31,198 nucleotides of DNA from a virus (lineage: Duplodnaviria > Caudoviricetes). Made by a program: the position numbers and the translations under genes. Shown piece after piece: positions 25,581 to 31,198 of this stretch. The stretch covers positions 1 to 31,198 of the IMG/VR virus record IMGVR_UViG_3300017565_000253, one strand, 5' to 3'. Position 1 is the stretch's first letter, and each line of letters begins with the position of its first letter. The notes beneath the pieces were generated by a model that saw only the letters and a list, made by a program, of their open reading frames with translations, ran no database searches and had not been told where the DNA came from.

Positions 25581-27785
25581 ATGGTACGCGTCCCGGCTAA
25601 AACCTGCCCCAATCTTTCTCGGCTTTTCGATGATGCAGAGCCCGAATTGCTGTCCGGATTTCTCAACAGTAAGGCTTTCGAGAGGTTGGCCTGGCTTGCG
25701 ACCTACAAGTTCGACCCCGACGATCCGGATGGTCCGACAGCAGCGAGGAATATGCTGCCGAAGGAAAAGAAGGACCGGCTGGGCCCGCTCGAAGCTGAAG
25801 CAGCCCGGATCCTTACAATTGCGAGCGACCGCGGCGAATACGTCCTTCAAGGTCTCGCCACGACTACGCTTGAACCGGACCGCGCCAAGGAACTCCTGAA
25901 CCGGCGGGACAAGCTCGCGCGAAGCCTGTGGGCTTACGCCAACGAACACGGCTTGTTTGAAGCGGCGGAGAACAGCCTGCACCTGCGTCTCTACCGGCGC
26001 TACGACAAGCACTACCAGACCTTCATGGCCGAGCCTTCGGTCGATGGGGGCCCCGACGCCGGCAGTGCATTGCTCGACGAGCTTCTGGTCGACCTCAACA
26101 AGCGTCTCGATCGCGGCGACGGCTACAGCATCGACAAGTTCGACATCCCCGAGGACGGCGATGAACCGGCGGCGGAGATGTACCTGCTGTTCCATCCCGA
26201 TCCCCCCACGAGCGTTCGGGAGATCGATGACGATGGCAATCGGTCGAGCATCTATTTCCGCCCGCCTGGAGAGGCGATGATCGTCTATACGCCATCGACT
26301 GGGCGGGTCCATGTCCGCGCAGGCAACCGAAAGCTCAGGCACACAGTTGCCGAACGCTTCATCGAGACTGCCCTCGAGCAGACTTACTCCAACCAGCCCG
26401 TCGACTTTCAGGCCTACGACATTTCGCAGTTCCTGCAGGGGCTCGATCTTGGACCGCCGGAACTTGACGACGTGGTGATCGACCGCGCGCAGGTGATCCG
26501 CGCTGACATCAGCATCGGCAATCTCGCCAACCGCCTTTCGCTTTCCACCACGATCGACCAGGACATTTCCGAAATCATCGACAGCCAGCCGGGCCTTCCG
26601 AGGATTTTCGAGCGGGCGCTCGCAATCCGCTTCGTCGAGATTGCGGTCCGGTATTTCCGCGCGGGACGGGATGAGGCGCATACCCTCAACTTCACGCTCA
26701 CCGACCGCAACACGAGCAGCCTTCTCAGCATCGACGACCCGTTCGAGCGCATTCTGGGGCATCGCTTGCTCAGACACTGGAACATCCTCCGTGATGGTCG
26801 CGCACCGGGCGATGAGGAGAGCATGGCTGTCATGCCCGCCTTGCTGGCCATTTGGGACATCGGAGCTGACAGGGTCACCGGCGCATGGCTCCAAACTCGC
26901 GGTGTCGATCCTGGCCTCCTGACCGATCTGGGCTTCCTCGTTCCCGCCGGTTGGGAAGGAGACGACCTGATCGACGATGAAGACGAGGTCGGTCCGATTG
27001 CGGCCGAAGTGGTCGTTCGTGTCGATAAGGGGGATGCGGAGGAAGGCGACCGAAAGGTGGCCGACCTCAAGGTCACCGAGGGACAGGCGACGTCTGCGGG
27101 CAGCCCGGATCGCTACAGGATATATCGGGTTCGCGACGGCTGGGTCGCGCAACACCTGAAGGCACGTCTCGAAAAAGTGCTCGATGCACCTGCCATCGAG
27201 AAGCTAACCGATCATCTCCTCTACCTCGGAACGCTCCACGTCGATGGCGGGGACGTTCCGATCTATCTCGCGCGCGGTCTCGACCGGGAGAAGGTCCGCT
27301 CGGCCGTCGATACGGAGCTTCGGGCGCGCCACAACCTCGGCATCGGTCTTGTCCTGCAGGCCGGCAGCGCTCCCGGACCGTGTCTGGCGGCGAACGTTCT
27401 GACGCCGCTTGTCGATCAGATCGACACCCAGCAAGCCGAAATCGCGTTGGTCGCAGACAGGCTCCGGTCCGTGTTTCGACGCCATCGGATCCTGGCCCGT
27501 GGCGGCCAGGCTGTCGAACTAACCCGCGTCGGGGACAACATGGCAACTCTGTTTGTTCCGGGGAAAGGCAGCATCGATATCAAGGGCGAGAACCGCATCG
27601 GTGTCATCCAGCGGCTGGTCGATGCGCACAACGCCGGCCCGATGCCAATGGCGACGGCAGACCTGATCAGCGGAATCGCGGAAGACCAGTCGTTGGCGAA
27701 CATTTTCAAGCAGCCTCTCTGGAAAAAGCTGACGGCCGACTTCCTGCGAAGCCCCGGAAAAGGGCAATGGGAGATCGCCGTCTGA
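25581..27785 (+). CDS. Hypothetical protein (734 aa), possible C-terminal winged HTH
   Basis: Long ORF with GGAG RBS and natural amino-acid composition; no catalytic motif recognised. Confidence 0.85.
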   Translation: MVRVPAKTCPNLSRLFDDAEPELLSGFLNSKAFERLAWLATYKFDPDDPDGPTAARNMLPKEKKDRLGPLEAEAARILTIASDRGEYVLQGLATTTLEPDRAKELLNRRDKLARSLWAYANEHGLFEAAENSLHLRLYRRYDKHYQTFMAEPSVDGGPDAGSALLDELLVDLNKRLDRGDGYSIDKFDIPEDGDEPAAEMYLLFHPDPPTSVREIDDDGNRSSIYFRPPGEAMIVYTPSTGRVHVRAGNRKLRHTVAERFIETALEQTYSNQPVDFQAYDISQFLQGLDLGPPELDDVVIDRAQVIRADISIGNLANRLSLSTTIDQDISEIIDSQPGLPRIFERALAIRFVEIAVRYFRAGRDEAHTLNFTLTDRNTSSLLSIDDPFERILGHRLLRHWNILRDGRAPGDEESMAVMPALLAIWDIGADRVTGAWLQTRGVDPGLLTDLGFLVPAGWEGDDLIDDEDEVGPIAAEVVVRVDKGDAEEGDRKVADLKVTEGQATSAGSPDRYRIYRVRDGWVAQHLKARLEKVLDAPAIEKLTDHLLYLGTLHVDGGDVPIYLARGLDREKVRSAVDTELRARHNLGIGLVLQAGSAPGPCLAANVLTPLVDQIDTQQAEIALVADRLRSVFRRHRILARGGQAVELTRVGDNMATLFVPGKGSIDIKGENRIGVIQRLVDAHNAGPMPMATADLISGIAEDQSLANIFKQPLWKKLTADFLRSPGKGQWEIAV

Positions 27786-27878
27786 CGGCTGGCTCCGATC
27801 CGGCTCCGGTTGGGGGGTCTGACTAGCTCCGATTCCCCAGGCCAATGGGGGTGCTCACTCAGTCAGAGGAGCACTCCG

Positions 27879-28124
27879 ATGCCGACTCCCTTCCCCCCGC
27901 GCCAGGCAGCCCAGACGAGCTGGTCCGGCGCCGCGAATACCAAGCCCACCAACTCCAACTCGGAATGGCGCTGCACGCGCTGTGACAAGCTGCTCGGCGT
28001 CTGCCGGGACGGCCGCATGCACCTGCGCTTCGCGCGGGGGCACGAGTATCTCGTGGGCTTCCCGGTTCAGGCTACCTGCCGCGGCTGCGGGACGCTGAAC
28101 CACGCGACCGCGCCCGCGCGCTGA
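27879..28124 (+). CDS. Mu Com-like zinc-finger protein
   Basis: WRCTRCDKLL...TCRGCGTLN, matching the Com pattern RC..C.KLL...C..C; GAGGAG RBS before ATG 27879. Confidence 0.65.
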   Translation: MPTPFPPRQAAQTSWSGAANTKPTNSNSEWRCTRCDKLLGVCRDGRMHLRFARGHEYLVGFPVQATCRGCGTLNHATAPAR

Positions 28125-28223
28125 CGCGCGCATCCACCCAACCCCATGAAATCGCAGAGACGCGCGACGTCCTGACCTGGCCACGAGAAGGCGCCGGACG
28201 CCTGGCCGCAAGGCAGGCCTCCG

Positions 28224-28946
28224 ATGTCCTTCGCGTGGCACGAGATCCGTGATCACCTCATGCATTCATCCACGAACCTTCACTTCCAGCGCAGTTTCGA
28301 CGCCGTCCGGCGTGGACAGGCCGCCCTCACACCGTTCCGGGATCCGGCGGCCCTGCTGGACGGGCTGCACCGCACGCCCGGCGATCAGGGTCAGAAGAAC
28401 CTGATCCTCTCCGCGCTCGTCGAGGCAGCGCAGGGCGACGGGCCCGCGTCCGACTGCGCCCTGACGCTGCTGTTGCTGGCGCTCTGGCCGGGCCTCGACG
28501 CCATCCGCCGCCGGTCGATCTGGCGCAGGCTCGGCACGGCCGACGAGGTCGCGTCCGATGTTCTGGCGCGCACCACCGAGGCGGTCCGCAGCCTCTACCT
28601 CGGACGCGTCAACTGGATCGCGGCCACGGTGCTGCGCAACGTCGAGCGCGACATGATCCGGGTGCGCCAGCGAGACCAGGCGCGCGAACATCTCGCCAGT
28701 GGCGCCGACCCCGACGAGGTGGCGGACAGCGGCGAAAGCGGCATCGGCGCGGCCGGGTACGCAAAGCTGAACGGCGCCATGCGGAAGCTGCTCGGCGACG
28801 ACGCCGTGCTGGTGATCCGCGTGGCGATCGAGGGCTTCTCGCAGGCTGAGGTCGCGGTCGAGCTGGGCCTGACCGAAGCCGCCGCCCGCAAGCGCTACCA
28901 GCGCGCCATGCGCCGGCTGCACGACGCCCTCGAGGAAATCCCCTGA
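28224..28946 (+). CDS. ECF-like sigma-70 factor
   Basis: Region 2-like segment (DEVASDV...WIAATVLRNVERD..R) and region 4 (IEGFSQAEVAVELGLTEAAARKRYQRAMRRL). Confidence 0.8.
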   Translation: MSFAWHEIRDHLMHSSTNLHFQRSFDAVRRGQAALTPFRDPAALLDGLHRTPGDQGQKNLILSALVEAAQGDGPASDCALTLLLLALWPGLDAIRRRSIWRRLGTADEVASDVLARTTEAVRSLYLGRVNWIAATVLRNVERDMIRVRQRDQAREHLASGADPDEVADSGESGIGAAGYAKLNGAMRKLLGDDAVLVIRVAIEGFSQAEVAVELGLTEAAARKRYQRAMRRLHDALEEIP

Positions 28947-28951
28947 ACCAA

Positions 28952-28984
28952 TGTCCCGATCCGGTGCCGCCGGTGGCTTTTCCC
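28952..28984 (+). promoter_or_regulatory. TGTCCCG-N13-GGTGGCTTTT motif, copy 2
   Basis: TGTCCCGATCCGGTGCCGCCGGTGGCTTTTCCC, upstream of the 29031 start. Confidence 0.7.
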
Positions 28985-29030
28985 ATTCGAGCGCCCCGAG
29001 CGCCTTCCCTCCAACCGAAAGCAGACACGC

Positions 29031-29225
29031 ATGAACCGCACTGCCGATCTGTCGCTCGAGGATTTCAGGCGTCTTCCGGGGCTCTATCGCCGCTGGGAGC
29101 TGACCGAGGTCTGCGAGCCCAACCGCAACTACCAGATCGAGGACGCCGGCGCCCATGCCGACGGGACGCCGCTGCTGGCGATCTACGTCGCCGAGCCCGC
29201 GCCCGACGTCCGCGAGGCCGCGTGA
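29031..29225 (+). CDS. Small hypothetical protein
   Basis: High-GC3 codon usage; follows motif copy 2. Confidence 0.65.
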   Translation: MNRTADLSLEDFRRLPGLYRRWELTEVCEPNRNYQIEDAGAHADGTPLLAIYVAEPAPDVREAA

Positions 29226-29263
29226 TGCGCCTCCTCGATCACATCATCCCACGGAGAAACGCC

Positions 29264-29560
29264 ATGCCGGACCAACCGAACGACATCAACCGTCTTCGCA
29301 AGGCGAGCTACGCGCTCGAAGACCTCCCCGAAACCATCGCCTTCCCGCAGCGCGCCGGTGACGAGCCGCGCGAGCCGCTGCCGGTCGTCGAGGCGACCGT
29401 CGACGAGATCGCCTTCGCGATCGTGGAGGCGGAGCGCGAGAGCTCGGCCGCCTACCGCCGCGCCGATGCGCTGAAGCGCCTCTACAAGCTCGCCCGCGAG
29501 GCCGGATGCATCGGCGCCGACCGCGCCGCCGCGTCGGTGATGAAGAAGGAGGGCCAGTGA
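29264..29560 (+). CDS. Hypothetical protein
   Basis: GGAG RBS before ATG 29264; stop overlaps the AAA_24 start. Confidence 0.7.
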   Translation: MPDQPNDINRLRKASYALEDLPETIAFPQRAGDEPREPLPVVEATVDEIAFAIVEAERESSAAYRRADALKRLYKLAREAGCIGADRAAASVMKKEGQ

Positions 29561-30438
29561 TGGCCCTTCCCATCATCGGCGCCGACGAACGGCTCGCGCA
29601 ACGCAAGGGCATCAAGGGCGTCATCTTCGGCCGGTCCGGCATCGGCAAGACCAGCCTGCTCTGGACGCTGAACGCCTCCACCACGCTCTTCCTCGACCTC
29701 GAGGCCGGGGATCTGGCGGTCGAGGGGCTGGAGATCGACACGCTCCGGCCCCGCACCTGGAAGGAATGCCGCGACTTCGCGGTGTTCATCGGCGGGCCGA
29801 ACCCGGCGCTGCGCGAGGACCAGCCCTACAGCCAGGCGCATTTCGACGAGGTCTGCGGGCGCTACGGCGATCCCACAGTGATCGGGAAATACGAGACCGT
29901 CTTCATCGACTCGATCACCGTGGCCGGGCGGCTCTGCTTCCAGTGGTGCCGCGGCCAGCCCGAGGCATTCTCCGAGAAGACCGGCAAGCCTGACATCCGC
30001 GGCGCATATGGGTTGCATGGCCGCGAGATGATCGGCTGGCTGACCCACCTGCAGCACACGCGCGGCAAGCATGTCTGGTTCGTCGGCATCCTCGACGAGC
30101 GGCTCGACGACTTCAATCGCAAGATCTTCCAGCCGCAGATCGACGGTTCGAAGACCGGGCTCGAGCTGCCCGGGATCGTGGATCAGGTCATCACCATGGC
30201 CGACATCCCGGACCCGGGCGGCCAGCCGCAGCGCGCCTTCGTCTGCCAGACGCTGAACCCCTGGGGCTTTCCGGCCAAGGACCGCTCCGGCCGCCTCGAC
30301 AGGGTCGAGCCGCCGCATCTCGGCCGGCTGATGGAGAAGATCCAGCGCCCCGCGGCGCCAGCCTCCGAACGCCTGACCTGGCCGCCAGTGACGCCCGCCG
30401 ATCATCCCGCCCCCGCGCAAGAGCCCGGCGATGGCTGA
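29560..30438 (+). CDS. AAA_24 (Sak4-like) phage ATP-binding protein
   Basis: Walker A GRSGIGKT, LFLDLEAG, Walker B VFIDSIT and AKDRSGRL. Confidence 0.88.
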   Translation: MALPIIGADERLAQRKGIKGVIFGRSGIGKTSLLWTLNASTTLFLDLEAGDLAVEGLEIDTLRPRTWKECRDFAVFIGGPNPALREDQPYSQAHFDEVCGRYGDPTVIGKYETVFIDSITVAGRLCFQWCRGQPEAFSEKTGKPDIRGAYGLHGREMIGWLTHLQHTRGKHVWFVGILDERLDDFNRKIFQPQIDGSKTGLELPGIVDQVITMADIPDPGGQPQRAFVCQTLNPWGFPAKDRSGRLDRVEPPHLGRLMEKIQRPAAPASERLTWPPVTPADHPAPAQEPGDG

Positions 30439-30458
30439 GCGCCTCTCGCCACGCCCGG

Positions 30459-30491
30459 TGTCCCGATCCGGTCGCCGGGGTGGCTTTTCCC
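30459..30491 (+). promoter_or_regulatory. TGTCCCG-N13-GGTGGCTTTT motif, copy 3
   Basis: TGTCCCGATCCGGTCGCCGGGGTGGCTTTTCCC, upstream of the 30540 start. Confidence 0.7.
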
Positions 30492-30539
30492 CACTGACGC
30501 CGCTGCGCGTCCCATCCTCCAACTGAAAGGAGCCGCGCA

Positions 30540-31163
30540 ATGTCCGGACCCTGGAACGACTTCAACTCCGCGCAATCCAACACAAACGTCATCCCGAAGG
30601 GCACGCTCGCCAAGGTGCGCCTGACGCTCCGCCCCGGCGGCTTCGACGACCCCTCGCAGGGCTGGACCGGCGGCTGGGCGCGCCGCGCCGCCACCGGCGC
30701 CGTCTATCTCGACGCCGAATACACGGTGCTCGAGGGGCCCTATGCCCGGCGCAAGGTCTGGTCGCTGATCGGCCTCTACAGCCCGAAGGGCCCGGACTGG
30801 GCGAACATGGGGCGCGGCCTGATCCGCGGCATCCTCAACTCGGCGCGCGGCGTGTCCGACAAGGACAACTCGCCCGAGGCGCAGGCCCGCCGCCGCATCA
30901 ACGGGTTCGGCGATCTCGACGGGGTCGAGTTCGTCGCCCGCATCGACATCGGCACCGACACCAACGGCGAGGACAAGAACGAGATCCGCGCCGCAGTCAC
31001 CCCCGACCATCGCGACTACGCCGCGCTGATGGGCACGGTCGCGCCGCAGTTCACCGCCGCCCCGGCGCAGGGCCACGCCGCGCAGCAGCCCACCACGGCC
31101 ACCCAGCCCAGCCAGCCCGCATCCGCCCCCGGCGCCGCCGGTCGGCCGAGCTGGGCGCAGTAA
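30540..31163 (+). CDS. Putative phage single-stranded DNA-binding protein (DUF669-like)
   Basis: Follows the Sak4-like gene. IPKGT...YL..E.TVLEGPYARRKVW...KNEI pattern with a low-complexity tail ending RPSWAQ. Confidence 0.7.
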   Translation: MSGPWNDFNSAQSNTNVIPKGTLAKVRLTLRPGGFDDPSQGWTGGWARRAATGAVYLDAEYTVLEGPYARRKVWSLIGLYSPKGPDWANMGRGLIRGILNSARGVSDKDNSPEAQARRRINGFGDLDGVEFVARIDIGTDTNGEDKNEIRAAVTPDHRDYAALMGTVAPQFTAAPAQGHAAQQPTTATQPSQPASAPGAAGRPSWAQ

Positions 31164-31177
31164 GGGGGAGACCGGCC

Positions 31178-31198
31178 ATGCGCCTGCGCCCCCGCCAG
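31178..31198 (+). CDS. Start of a probable DEAD/DEAH-box helicase (truncated by window edge)
   Basis: GGGGAG RBS then MRLRPRQ, a typical superfamily 2 helicase N-terminus; only 7 codons visible. Confidence 0.45.

Larger units (their letters stand above)
15109..31198. mobile_element. Second integrated, prophage-like element with a serine recombinase/DUF2924 module (continues past the window)
   Basis: Begins right after the tRNA-end repeat. Contains a large serine recombinase, DUF2924, sigma factor, AAA_24, SSB-like and helicase genes, plus RM cargo. Confidence 0.75.

Noticed and set aside
25578-27155. 525-aa antisense ORF (also 21136..22848, 17348..18454, 23727..24827, 8269..9348 and 29482..30540)
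   Set aside because: These mirror well-supported genes on the opposite strand, as expected in high-GC DNA, and carry no motifs.
27879-28946. Readthrough fusion of the Com-like and sigma ORFs (same frame)
   Set aside because: Two in-frame TGA stops intervene (28122 and 28173), and there is no evidence for recoding.
15109-31198. Element 2 as the helper phage of element 1
   Set aside because: No structural genes of element 2 are visible here, and adjacency is explained by the shared tRNA target.

Overview
High-GC window, probably alphaproteobacterial (inferred from gene families). It opens with the 3' end of a LysR-type regulator and a tRNA-Ser(TGA) gene (729-818), followed by two tandem mobile elements. 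Element 1 (805-15108, ~14.3 kb) is bounded by a 14-bp direct repeat of the tRNA 3' end and looks like a phage satellite. It has a P4-type tyrosine integrase, an AlpA/excisionase-like HTH, an AAA_25 helicase followed by a GTCAC iteron cluster, a TerS-like gene, three small ORFs and a 1265-aa protein resembling podovirus (T7 gp16-type) DNA-ejection proteins. I see no capsid, portal or large terminase. Downstream of the ejection gene are a convergent lipoprotein gene, an unannotated decayed second copy of the ejection gene's 3' end, a convergent Mrr-like nuclease, and an XRE/HEPN-like operon. Element 2 (15109 to beyond the window end) carries a complete type I RM locus (hsdM-hsdS-hsdR-M48 peptidase), a large serine recombinase/DUF2924 operon, a 734-aa unknown protein, a Com-like zinc finger, an ECF-like sigma factor and phage recombination/replication genes. 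A fixed-spacing motif TGTCCCG-N13-GGTGGCTTTT precedes three of its transcription units. All family assignments come from motif recognition and recall, not from database searches.
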